A stretch of DNA of 64,000 bases. Source: a virus. The position numbers and the translations under genes are program-made. Below the pieces are notes generated by a model. The model saw only the letters and a program-made list of their open reading frames with translations, was not told where the DNA came from and did not search any database. Shown in pieces: positions 1-9,389 of the stretch (position 1 is its first letter; each line of letters begins with the position of its first letter). Location of the stretch: positions 1-64,000 of IMG/VR virus record IMGVR_UViG_3300035034_001216; one strand, given 5' to 3'.

Positions 1-2
1 CG

Positions 3-86
3 CTAAATATCATATTCACAACGGGAGCATCAGAATCAGTCGAAAATCCCGAGGTGACTTTAACCTGTAAATACACCGCCTCATGA
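3..86 (+). CDS. 3' end of a gene entering from the left edge (partial; possibly tail-related)
   Basis: Open frame LNIIFTTGASESVENPEVTLTCKYTAS* whose TGA overlaps the next ATG (ATGA coupling at 83-86). Confidence 0.5.
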   Translation, partial: LNIIFTTGASESVENPEVTLTCKYTAS

Positions 87-1075
87 TAGTCCTACCAGCG
101 CCATCTACCCCACCAGCTTTTCTCACATCCACTCAGACATTCTTTGGCAATGTAAAATTTTATCAGGATGTAAATCGTGACTATTTTCTCGATTACTATG
201 TTCCGCAAGGTACAAGACCTGTAGGAGGATGGCCATGTGTTATTGCTATTCATGGTGGATCATTTATTAATGGCGACAAAGACTTTATCAATTCTGCTGT
301 GTACGACGATATTTTCAATTCGCTTCTAGATGATGGGATAGCAGTTATCTCAATTCAATACAAATTATTAGATGCGGTTTATGACGCAATAGGTATTCCA
401 AAATGTATTAGCAGTGCTTTTAAAAACATATTGCAAATTAAATCTAATGCGTCAATTTTTGAAATTGATAAAACAAAAATGGCATATTTTGGTGTATCTG
501 CGGGAGGGTATATTTCTCAGCTTTTATCCATGAAAGAATTTGCGAACAAAGGAGCAAGTAAAGGACTTTTTACTGAAAGTAATCTACCAGTGTGTACAAT
601 GAGCTATCTTCCTAATGTGACACTAGATGTTTTTGAACAACAAGCGTTAGGATTGTGGGCTAATGGAGTAACAATAAATGATCTTTTAAATGCAAATGCA
701 ACATTTAAAGCTAACTGCAAAAGATGGTTCAGCATAATGGGTGATGTGGACACGGTGGAAGATTTGAATAATACAAAATCTCGACGTATTATGAATCAGA
801 TCAGTATGCTTTCACGAAGATTATATCTTCCTTCTAATAAACCCTTGTACTTGATTCACGACAAAGAGTACATTAAAGGAGATGGAAGCGACATTGAAAA
901 GTTGGTTCACCCTGCATACGCACTTGAAGAAATAAAAACTCGGTATGATTCAAATGGAGTAGAATGTTGGGTTTTTGGTGTAAATGCTCTAGCCGCAAAT
1001 GATAATCCAGTCCCTAGTACTCCTGGTATATCAATGCCCGATGCTTGGATGAAGGATAAATTAAACGTAACTTAA
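83..1075 (+). CDS. Alpha/beta hydrolase (HSL-like esterase / carbohydrate-esterase-like)
   Basis: HGGSF oxyanion motif, ISIQYKL strand, nucleophile elbow GVSAGG, late His (VHP). Confidence 0.85.
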   Translation: MIVLPAPSTPPAFLTSTQTFFGNVKFYQDVNRDYFLDYYVPQGTRPVGGWPCVIAIHGGSFINGDKDFINSAVYDDIFNSLLDDGIAVISIQYKLLDAVYDAIGIPKCISSAFKNILQIKSNASIFEIDKTKMAYFGVSAGGYISQLLSMKEFANKGASKGLFTESNLPVCTMSYLPNVTLDVFEQQALGLWANGVTINDLLNANATFKANCKRWFSIMGDVDTVEDLNNTKSRRIMNQISMLSRRLYLPSNKPLYLIHDKEYIKGDGSDIEKLVHPAYALEEIKTRYDSNGVECWVFGVNALAANDNPVPSTPGISMPDAWMKDKLNVT

Positions 1076-1089
1076 AAACAAAAAAAAGT

Positions 1090-2283
1090 ATGTTAATATT
1101 AAATAGTAGAATTTTTCAATTTAATGCGTCTGTAATTACAGAGTTACCAGCGATCTTTACTCATATACGTGGGTATGCTGCTGACTTTAATAGTGAATTA
1201 CCAGATGGTATGTATAACAGAGTATCAGAAACTGTATGGAAAGAGTGGGCTGACTTTGTAATAGCTAATGATCTTAAGGTTGTATGGACATTGTATATGA
1301 CAATAGACCGTACACTTGATGATGAAATAGCATTTGTACAAGATCTTGTAGATTATGGTGTAGAGATTTCACACTTCCAGTATGGTGGTGAGTTTTGGCT
1401 TGCTAAATATGCATTAGGAGATCTTAGTAAAAAAGGAGTTGTAGAGCAGGTAACTATTCAAACATATTTAGATATGTTAGACGAATGGATTCCAGCTGTA
1501 GAAGCTGCTTTTCCTGATGTTAAAACAATGCTATTAGGATGCTCACATGAATATACAGAAAGTGAAGTAACTCAAATAACAAATAAGTGGGAAAGTGATA
1601 ATAGAGAATTATCTTCAATTAAAAAGGCGGCATTTTATAGACCTATTTTTAATTACGAAGTGCTAAAATATATCAATGATAATACTTTAGATGCTGGTAT
1701 AACTGTACATTATTATGCTGGAGCTAAACCTGATGAACAACCTGCTAACGGCGAGGATGCAATTTTTGAAGGTATTAATTGGAATCCTTTTATAGACCAG
1801 TTTAGAAAGGCAGTTCCTAATATAGATGTTATAGTTCCCGAGTCTGGATGGTATAGGTCTGATAATAGTACACTCCAATTTGATAAAATGGGAGAGTTCT
1901 ATGAAGCTGGTGCTGAAGCTATTGGTGATAATGGTATAATGGGATTACATATACTACAAGCTAATGGTGGAATTCTAGGATGGTATACTCTTAACGGTAT
2001 AACTAATGTTGGTGAATACTTTTTAGATTACTTTATAGAGAATGTAGCACCACCAGAGCTCGGTGAAGAGGCTGTGTTAGTTAGTTTTTGGGAAAATGTA
2101 TATCCCGGATTTCTTGCTAATTTAAACTTTTCATATGGAACAACTTATTCACAAGGGTTATGGTTTTCAGATGGGTCGTTTCATTTTAATACTGCAAGAC
2201 AGCTAAGAAAACTACAAGGGTACAGAGTTGTGAACGAAGATTTAGGTAAACCAAAAAGTTACTTTTTAAATAAAATAAGCTAA
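1090..2283 (+). CDS. Putative clan GH-A-like TIM-barrel glycoside hydrolase
   Basis: FQYGGEFW (acid/base-like, cf. GNE), TVHYY and VPESGW (nucleophile-like) in the order expected for GH-A; family not assignable by eye. Confidence 0.5.
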   Translation: MLILNSRIFQFNASVITELPAIFTHIRGYAADFNSELPDGMYNRVSETVWKEWADFVIANDLKVVWTLYMTIDRTLDDEIAFVQDLVDYGVEISHFQYGGEFWLAKYALGDLSKKGVVEQVTIQTYLDMLDEWIPAVEAAFPDVKTMLLGCSHEYTESEVTQITNKWESDNRELSSIKKAAFYRPIFNYEVLKYINDNTLDAGITVHYYAGAKPDEQPANGEDAIFEGINWNPFIDQFRKAVPNIDVIVPESGWYRSDNSTLQFDKMGEFYEAGAEAIGDNGIMGLHILQANGGILGWYTLNGITNVGEYFLDYFIENVAPPELGEEAVLVSFWENVYPGFLANLNFSYGTTYSQGLWFSDGSFHFNTARQLRKLQGYRVVNEDLGKPKSYFLNKIS

Positions 2284-2284
2284 T

Positions 2285-4120
2285 ATGAAAAAATTAATCT
2301 CCTTAATACTAATACTAGTACTAGTAGCCATAACGTATGTAATACATGCGGATTACTCTCATGAGGATATAGCTCCTACTTGTGCGCAAGATAATGTTAA
2401 TACTAAAGAACAAATAGAATTAACTAATAAATCTATAGAAGGAAAGACATTTAACGATACTTTACAAGTGCTAAAGATACCAATGGTCTTTCATGTATAC
2501 TACTACACACAATATAATCAAGATGGTGATTCTATAGGATTAGATGGTGATGTGTCAATATACCAAATACATAGTGCTATTCATGAGCTTAACCAAACTT
2601 ATGATGGTACTTATGGTACTAAAGAAACGGGCGTTGATTGGAATATAGAATTCTACTTAATGAATATGTTTGAAGGTGAAAGGTTTGATGGTATAATTTA
2701 TCATAACATAGATACCGTTCCTTGGTTAACTGCTTCTGAAAGAGAAGAGTTTAGAACTCAAGGGGCATCTGCATCTACTTCTTCTGGATTAAGCTATGTT
2801 CAATTTGCTCCTGACACGCGCATAAATGATGAAGAAATTTTAAATTATCACATTGTCACAGAGTTTGACAATAACAACGGTGGTGGTGGAGTACAAGGTT
2901 ATGCCTATATAGGAAATAACGGTATTGTACAAGTAGATAACGCTACAGGAACATATCGTATAGGAGCTTATGATTTAGATAATAATGAAGAATTATCATC
3001 TAATGAAACAGCATTACGATTTCTTAAAACATATACTAATAAGAATGCTACTACAAGTCATGAGGTAGGTCACAATATAGGATTGTTTCATACATTTCAA
3101 AGTACAAATGATTGTGATGAAGGTAGTTGTAATATACAAGGAGACCGAGTATGTGATACTCCTCCTACTGTAATAGAACAATCATGTAGTAATTTCACAT
3201 GTCCTGATGCTCCTAATGATAATTATATGGGCTATACTTCAGAAAACTGTAAAACAAAATTTACAGCTGGACAAAGAGATAGAGGTAGACTTGTATTAGC
3301 ACAGGGTAGTAGGTCTGGTTATGATGAGCATTTTGACGAGTACTATGAAGATAGGCTTACAGATATAGTATTAGATATTAATTTACCTGCCACTCAATGT
3401 GAAAATGGTAATGATGTAAATATTAAAATTCGTAATGTAGGTGATGAAACTCTTGCTAATGTAAAACTTATATATGGCAGTAGTTATGAAGAAGCAGACA
3501 CTATTGATTTAATAATGTCTGTACTCCCATTTACATATGCTAACTTTGTACTTCCTAATCAAGGAGTATCTAAAAAGAACTTCGGAGTTCAGGTTATTGA
3601 GATTAACAATATAGAGGTTGATCTTGCAGCTCAAATTGAACAGGCACCCATAGGATCAATTACAATAGGTATAGAGACAACTTTAGACGTGCTAGGAGGT
3701 CAGAACTACTGGGAACTAATTAGACTGTCAGATGATAGCTTAATAGCAACCGCAGGACCATTCCCTAATTTCCAATCAGGAACTACAGTGATAAGTGAAT
3801 TTTGTATTAATCCCGCATGTTATAAGTTTGTCTTTTACGATATAGTTGGTAATGGATTTCAAAGCAACGGTTCTGGAATACCAGCTGGTGTAAAAATTAT
3901 TAAAGACGGAGTTGAATATGCAAGTCTTCCTGTTGATTTTCTAGATGAATGGGAGATAAGCAATTGTCCTAATCAATTAGTGTTTGAAACTAAAGATGAA
4001 ATAGTCGAGTACTACAATATGGATGGTGTAAAATTAAATGAAAAACCATTAGGAATTACGCATATTATTTTGTATCCTAGAACAGGCTTCTCTTATAAAG
4101 AGTTAAGAAAACCAAATTAA
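2285..4120 (+). CDS. Secreted M43 (pappalysin/ulilysin-like) zinc metalloprotease with T9SS-CTD-like tail
   Basis: N-terminal signal peptide; IPMVFHV; HEVGHNIGLFH zinc motif; DRVCDTPP; NYMGY Met-turn; FTAGQRDR; C-terminal YYNMDG...G.THII...K. Confidence 0.88.
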   Translation: MKKLISLILILVLVAITYVIHADYSHEDIAPTCAQDNVNTKEQIELTNKSIEGKTFNDTLQVLKIPMVFHVYYYTQYNQDGDSIGLDGDVSIYQIHSAIHELNQTYDGTYGTKETGVDWNIEFYLMNMFEGERFDGIIYHNIDTVPWLTASEREEFRTQGASASTSSGLSYVQFAPDTRINDEEILNYHIVTEFDNNNGGGGVQGYAYIGNNGIVQVDNATGTYRIGAYDLDNNEELSSNETALRFLKTYTNKNATTSHEVGHNIGLFHTFQSTNDCDEGSCNIQGDRVCDTPPTVIEQSCSNFTCPDAPNDNYMGYTSENCKTKFTAGQRDRGRLVLAQGSRSGYDEHFDEYYEDRLTDIVLDINLPATQCENGNDVNIKIRNVGDETLANVKLIYGSSYEEADTIDLIMSVLPFTYANFVLPNQGVSKKNFGVQVIEINNIEVDLAAQIEQAPIGSITIGIETTLDVLGGQNYWELIRLSDDSLIATAGPFPNFQSGTTVISEFCINPACYKFVFYDIVGNGFQSNGSGIPAGVKIIKDGVEYASLPVDFLDEWEISNCPNQLVFETKDEIVEYYNMDGVKLNEKPLGITHIILYPRTGFSYKELRKPN

Positions 4121-4121
4121 T

Positions 4122-4466
4122 ATGATTAGTGAAGAACTAAGATATAAAAAAGCTAAGGCTTACGAAAGTAAGAGATTCATACTAACAGGGATAGGAATGT
4201 TCCTGTTAGTATTAGCTTCTTTATTCCCAATGAATGTTATATATAAAGCTGCTGATAAAGATCAGTTTGATATGACAGCTGCGTGGACAGCTTGGGGAAG
4301 TGTAGTATCTTCATTAGTATTAATAATAGGTAATTACGTAATTAAGGAAAGTAATAAGCCTTCACTTATAGGTTTTGGTGGAATGGGAATTAACATACCG
4401 AAGCCTAAATATAAAGAACTCAAAAATCATGAGGACGAATCTGACCCAGAAGACATGCCTTTTTAA
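4122..4466 (+). CDS. Small two-TM membrane protein, holin candidate
   Basis: Two hydrophobic helices, charged C-terminus, upstream of the endolysin. Confidence 0.55.
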   Translation: MISEELRYKKAKAYESKRFILTGIGMFLLVLASLFPMNVIYKAADKDQFDMTAAWTAWGSVVSSLVLIIGNYVIKESNKPSLIGFGGMGINIPKPKYKELKNHEDESDPEDMPF

Positions 4467-4477
4467 TAACGAATTAT

Positions 4478-4804
4478 ATGAAACTACTTACAACATTATC
4501 ATTTTTAGCACCTTTAGATGCTAGTGGAATAATTGCTGCACTAGTGATGATAGGAGCTATGATTGGTTTATATATTAAACAAGTTAAAGATATAGCTGAA
4601 ATAAAACTTACAATGAAACATGATAAGAATGAAACCGATAAAGAACTCGCTTTACTAAAGCTCCAAATAGAATCACAAGGTAAAAAGGATGAAGAAATAA
4701 TTGGTATTCTTTCTGATATAAAAACTACAATTGCTGTGTCAGACGAAAGAATGGCTAACTATCTTTCAAGAGAAGATAAAAGACAGGGTCAAATTAATAA
4801 CTAA
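4478..4804 (+). CDS. Single-TM coiled-coil protein, holin/antiholin candidate
   Basis: One N-terminal TM then coiled coil; TAATG-coupled to the amidase. Confidence 0.55.
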   Translation: MKLLTTLSFLAPLDASGIIAALVMIGAMIGLYIKQVKDIAEIKLTMKHDKNETDKELALLKLQIESQGKKDEEIIGILSDIKTTIAVSDERMANYLSREDKRQGQINN

Positions 4805-5280
4805 TGAATATTAAATACGGTAGGCAAATAGATAATATTATCATACATTGTACAGCAAGTACACAACAAGCTACCGTGCAACAAATATTAGATTACTGGT
4901 ATAACGATTTAGAATGGAGACATCCCGGTTATCATTACATAATCGAACCTAATGGTAATACTACTGTATTAGCAGAACTTAACCAAGTCACTAACGGTGT
5001 TAAAGGTTATAACTGGAACTCAGTACACATATCATATATAGGCGGTAAAGGTGGTATAGATAATAGAACAGATGCTCAAAAGATTAAGATGGAGAGTATA
5101 GTAAAGAATTTAATTACAACTAATTACTTAGGTCCCGAAGTGCGCATCGCAGGTCACAGGGATTATTCACCCGACAAGAACGGTGATGGCATAGTTTCTC
5201 CTAATGAATGGTTGAAGCTATGCCCATCGTTTTCTGTATCACAATGGTTACAAGAAATAAATCTACCACAGTATGCCTGA
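4804..5280 (+). CDS. Endolysin, N-acetylmuramoyl-L-alanine amidase (Amidase_2, T7-lysozyme-like)
   Basis: IIIHCTA, GYHYII, NGVKGYNWNSVHISYIGG, GHRD, KLCPSF zinc-amidase motifs. Confidence 0.95.
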   Translation: MNIKYGRQIDNIIIHCTASTQQATVQQILDYWYNDLEWRHPGYHYIIEPNGNTTVLAELNQVTNGVKGYNWNSVHISYIGGKGGIDNRTDAQKIKMESIVKNLITTNYLGPEVRIAGHRDYSPDKNGDGIVSPNEWLKLCPSFSVSQWLQEINLPQYA

Positions 5281-6199
5281 TCCTATACAAAAACCAAAAC
5301 CATTTATTACTAATGATCCTAATCATGTAAGATTTCAACAATATAGTGATAGTTTAAATTTATATAATAGTCATAAATATTTATTACAAGATCTTTCGAA
5401 TGCGCATAATGTACAAACCGGAATAGGAGAATATAAAACAATTACTAATAGTTTTAATAGTAGTTTAAATTTTGATGATTTATTAAGTAGATCTAAAACT
5501 AGACCTAATAGTGGGTATGAGATTGATAAAGTATCAAACGAGCGATATAATCAAGGAACTAATCAAACATCTTTACATTCAATTAATGATTTTTTTCCAA
5601 GTGTAGTAAATGAACTTGTAGGTAGTCAATTATATTCTAATGAAATAAAACCACAAGGAGTACAATTTTTTGAAAGTGATATGAATTCAAATGTTGATAA
5701 AGCTAGTACACCTACAATTTTTAAATGGGATAAAAATAATGATGATTTTGTACCATTAAAAGATAATTTAAGTTTTTTACAAAAAATGAATGTAAGTCCT
5801 ATTGGAGATGTAAGAGGTGTTGCTGATTATTCTAATGTTGAACCACAGCAAGAAGTTATTTATAAACCCGATGATGTGGAAGAAGTAGGTAATAACTTAG
5901 CAAAAAATGATAAACCTGTTAGAGGTAAGCAAATGAATAGGATGCCTGTATTAAGCGGATTATTACATAGTGGTACATTAGATAAAGATTTAGCAGATGT
6001 AGTAATGAATCCTTTATTTAATAAAAGAAAAACACAAACAATGTATGCTACAGACCCTCAAGGAACAAAAGGTCAATATCCAATAGGGGAAAGAGTTTAT
6101 AGAGATGGTCAGTGGAAAGATAGACCTTGGTCAAAAGAAGATCAAAAAATATCAATGCAATTATTACGAAAAAATTATATACCCAAAATTAGTTTATAA
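5273..6199 (+). CDS. Hypothetical protein (MPDP N-terminus) inside the lysis cassette
   Basis: 308-aa ORF overlapping both neighbours; no catalytic motif recognised. Confidence 0.75.
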   Translation: MPDPIQKPKPFITNDPNHVRFQQYSDSLNLYNSHKYLLQDLSNAHNVQTGIGEYKTITNSFNSSLNFDDLLSRSKTRPNSGYEIDKVSNERYNQGTNQTSLHSINDFFPSVVNELVGSQLYSNEIKPQGVQFFESDMNSNVDKASTPTIFKWDKNNDDFVPLKDNLSFLQKMNVSPIGDVRGVADYSNVEPQQEVIYKPDDVEEVGNNLAKNDKPVRGKQMNRMPVLSGLLHSGTLDKDLADVVMNPLFNKRKTQTMYATDPQGTKGQYPIGERVYRDGQWKDRPWSKEDQKISMQLLRKNYIPKISL

Positions 6200-6528
6200 T
6201 GAATAGAATATTATACGGAGTACTGATAGCAGTAATAGCTGCTTTAGCATGGAAAGTATATACAGATGAATCAAGGTATGAGGAAGATATTAAAAGGCTT
6301 GATGAGAGTTTAAATAGATCTAGAGTTCTTGTTGACTCATTAAGACAAAGAGATATCAGGCATACTGAAAAGATTAATGAGCTTACTATTATTTATAACG
6401 AACAACCTACGGATGAAATTATTAAAAAGAAATATGAAATCGTTATTAGTGACATTGACAATTCTGATTGGAATGAGCTTGACAGCATTCTCACAGCCGA
6501 AGGAATCATCCAGACTAGTAGTGATTGA
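6199..6528 (+). CDS. i-spanin-like protein
   Basis: N-terminal TM followed by coiled coil, downstream of the endolysin, overlapped by a +1-frame gene. Confidence 0.6.
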   Translation: MNRILYGVLIAVIAALAWKVYTDESRYEEDIKRLDESLNRSRVLVDSLRQRDIRHTEKINELTIIYNEQPTDEIIKKKYEIVISDIDNSDWNELDSILTAEGIIQTSSD

Positions 6529-6880
6529 TGGTGATACTTTAATGACATTCACTAAGGTAGAAGTTAGAGGTATTGCTAAAAAGGTTATAGAGGCTAAGCA
6601 ACTTAAAGAAAGAGTTACTAGCTGTATTGATAGAGAACGAATACTACTAAATATTAATGCAGAGCAAGAATTAAGATATCGAAACCTAAAGTTTGAATTG
6701 GTAGAGCAAGAATCACAAATTAAGATATGGGAAGATAAGTTCTTTTTAGCTGCTGATGAAATATTAGATGTTGCTGAGAAAGGAGATCAAAGAGCAAAGA
6801 AAAAGTTCTGGGATGGAGTACTGATAGGAGGAGGAATCACAATTGTAGGAATGGCTGGTATATTAATACTTGCCAATTAA
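6434..6880 (+). CDS. Spanin-partner-like protein (signal peptide, coiled coil, C-terminal TM)
   Basis: Likely start ATG 6434 (MKSLLVTLTILIGMSLTAFS-Q); overlaps the i-spanin 3' end; ends KKKFWDGVLIGGGITIVGMAGILILAN. Confidence 0.55.
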   Translation: MKSLLVTLTILIGMSLTAFSQPKESSRLVVIDGDTLMTFTKVEVRGIAKKVIEAKQLKERVTSCIDRERILLNINAEQELRYRNLKFELVEQESQIKIWEDKFFLAADEILDVAEKGDQRAKKKFWDGVLIGGGITIVGMAGILILAN

Positions 6881-6912
6881 TTTGCTTAAATAAATAATTT
6901 TCATTATATTAG
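6881..6912 (+). promoter_or_regulatory. Bacteroidota primary-sigma-type promoter
   Basis: TTTG (6881-6884), 20 nt, TATATTAG (6905-6912); one mismatch to the TTTG/TAnnTTTG consensus, in an intergenic gap. Confidence 0.6.
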
Positions 6913-6934
6913 TAAACATTTATAATTTTTAAAG

Positions 6935-8131
6935 ATGACTATAAGTAATATAAAAAGTTATTTAAAAGAAAGAACTGGATATCTTAAGAAAGGAGCTTCT
7001 GCTCTTAAAGACATTCTAGAAGCACAAGGGTTCGAGGTAACAGAAGATGACTGTTCAATAGCTCTTACTGAAACTCGACAGGAGTTTAAAGATGCATCAG
7101 TAGCTGAGACTACTACAAACTATTACCAAGTGTCGGGAGAAGACCAGAAACACATGCCTTCTTTTGATCTTAACGAATACAAGCCTTTAAAGATATGGGG
7201 TAAAGCTGGAAACTGGTCAGCGTCTTATGAACTTAAGAGTGATGATGAAGACGAAGAGCTAAAGAAATTTACAACAGAAACGATTGCCAAGCTTAAAGAT
7301 TACGTAGACAATAGACCTAAACCTAAAAAAGCAGAAGCTGAAGGAAAGGAAATAGGACATGTTGTTATTACAGATCTACACATTGGTGCGCAAGTTGGAA
7401 AACTTGTTAATGATACTGAGAACTACTCAATCGAAAAAGTAGTAGAATACTTGGACGAAGTTGCTAAACAAATAAATGACGAAAACTATGGTGAAGTACA
7501 TATTTCTATACTGGGAGATTTAATAGAATCATTTACTGGGACTAATCACCCTGCAACATGGAAAGAACTTTCTAATGTTGGTTATGGCTCTAATGTTTTA
7601 ATTATAGCCTACGAGATTCTAAACGCATTTCTATCATCTATCAACAATCTAAACACTGTTTATATGGTAGGTGGTAATCATGATAGGATTACACAAAAGA
7701 ATAATGAAGATCCTGAGTTAGGGGTTGCACATACTATTGCTCACTTCTTAAATTCTAAGCTAGATGCAAATGTATTTTATAATCATATGATACTCTCAGC
7801 TACAATTGATGGTATTGATTATATACTTACACACGGACATCTTCCTTTGATTAAAAAGAATCCCGAGTACTTAGTATTGAATTACGGAAAGAACAGAGAT
7901 AACTTTACAATGATATTATCAGGACATCTACACAGTAGAGGTAAAGTAGATCAAGTACGAACTAATACATCTACAGTTGTAGCAGACAATAAGAAGTATA
8001 GAGCATTAGTTTGTCCTAGTATATTTACTGGTAACTTCTATTCAGAGTCTATGGGATTCTCATGTTCACCGGGATTTGTAACATTTGAAACTAAAAATGG
8101 AAAACCAAGAGTAATAGATACTACTCTATAA
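6935..8131 (+). CDS. Calcineurin-like metallophosphoesterase
   Basis: TDLHIG, LGDLIE, GGNHD, THGH, SGHLHS motifs. Confidence 0.9.
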   Translation: MTISNIKSYLKERTGYLKKGASALKDILEAQGFEVTEDDCSIALTETRQEFKDASVAETTTNYYQVSGEDQKHMPSFDLNEYKPLKIWGKAGNWSASYELKSDDEDEELKKFTTETIAKLKDYVDNRPKPKKAEAEGKEIGHVVITDLHIGAQVGKLVNDTENYSIEKVVEYLDEVAKQINDENYGEVHISILGDLIESFTGTNHPATWKELSNVGYGSNVLIIAYEILNAFLSSINNLNTVYMVGGNHDRITQKNNEDPELGVAHTIAHFLNSKLDANVFYNHMILSATIDGIDYILTHGHLPLIKKNPEYLVLNYGKNRDNFTMILSGHLHSRGKVDQVRTNTSTVVADNKKYRALVCPSIFTGNFYSESMGFSCSPGFVTFETKNGKPRVIDTTL

Positions 8132-8141
8132 AGATTAAATA

Positions 8142-8825
8142 ATGGATACATTAAATCAGATAGCACAAGATATTTTAGGTATAGTCAAAGCCAAACGGGT
8201 TGATGATTATAATGTATCCGCTGCTCAAGTTAAACGATGGATTAATTATTCACGAGCGCAGTTTATAAAGAATGAATTAAATAAAAAGAGAGCAATCGAC
8301 GAAGACTTTATACAAGATCTTGGTTGTGTGGATTTAGAAAAAGTTCCTGATGCAGAATGTGGACCATCCTGTATTACTTTAAGAACTTGTAAAGAGATTC
8401 CTGCTCCTATAATTACAAACTTAGGTCTGGCAATAACAAGAGTGGGCCCTGTGAAGATTCTTTCACGGGCTTTCTCTTTTGTTCCATATAGACAAGCACA
8501 ATGGTCAGGTAATGGTAGGTTTGCTAACAAGCAAATATTTGCTTACTACTTAAATGGTTATATTTATATTAGAATTACTAAAGATCATACTTTAGCTAAA
8601 GCTCTTAAAGTTATAAACATACGAGGTGTATTCGAAGATCCTGAATCAGTTAATGAGTTTGACGATTGTGGTGGGTCATTATGTTATGATAGCGGTACTA
8701 AATACCCTGTAAAGAAATGGATGATTAACTCTATAATTAATCAAGTGCTTGAAGAAAGATTTGGTATTGTTGAGCGAGCTACATTAGATAATAAAAACGA
8801 TGAGGGAGACACAATGGAAGTATAA
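8142..8825 (+). CDS. crAss-type tail ring protein
   Basis: Position before IHF-like, tubular and stabilisation genes; YYLNGYIY and IRGVFEDP...YP pattern typical of crAss ring proteins. Confidence 0.7.
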   Translation: MDTLNQIAQDILGIVKAKRVDDYNVSAAQVKRWINYSRAQFIKNELNKKRAIDEDFIQDLGCVDLEKVPDAECGPSCITLRTCKEIPAPIITNLGLAITRVGPVKILSRAFSFVPYRQAQWSGNGRFANKQIFAYYLNGYIYIRITKDHTLAKALKVINIRGVFEDPESVNEFDDCGGSLCYDSGTKYPVKKWMINSIINQVLEERFGIVERATLDNKNDEGDTMEV

Positions 8826-9387
8826 TCAGGATGTAAGTATAACAGATATATATGATTATTATTGTCATATGTATTTTAAAGAAAAGTTTATAAAAAAGAA
8901 TGGTGAAGTATCTAAGAAATCAATAGTACATAAAGACAGTAAGTATAATATACCTATAACTGTCTACAATACCATTTTAAAGGACTTTCACCTAATGATG
9001 TGTGAAAGTATATTAAAAGGAAAAGATTTTACCTTATTCGAACGCTTAGGCATTATTGGGATAAGGAAGAATAAGATTAGTATTAAAGTTAATGAAAAAG
9101 GTGAGGTTCTAACTAATGCTGCTATTGATTTTAAATCCACTCTAGAATTGTGGGATCAGAATAAAGAAGCAAAGGAAAAGAAAACATTAGTAAGACACAT
9201 TAACAATCATACTCAAAAATATGTTCATAGATGGTATTGGAATAAAGGAGATGCTAATTTTAGAAATAAAACTGCATATTCATTTATACCATCAAGAGCT
9301 AATAAAAGATTACTTGCTAAGATATTAAAAGATGAAGATAGTGACGTAGATTTTTATACAAGATTTAACCGAAGAAAAAAGTTTTAA
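8800..9387 (+). CDS. IHF/HU-like basic protein of the crAss tail module
   Basis: Basic; LFERLGIIGIRK and YSFIPSRANKR resemble HU/IHF segments; conserved crAss gene position. Confidence 0.6.
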   Translation: MRETQWKYNQDVSITDIYDYYCHMYFKEKFIKKNGEVSKKSIVHKDSKYNIPITVYNTILKDFHLMMCESILKGKDFTLFERLGIIGIRKNKISIKVNEKGEVLTNAAIDFKSTLELWDQNKEAKEKKTLVRHINNHTQKYVHRWYWNKGDANFRNKTAYSFIPSRANKRLLAKILKDEDSDVDFYTRFNRRKKF

Positions 9388-9389
9388 TT

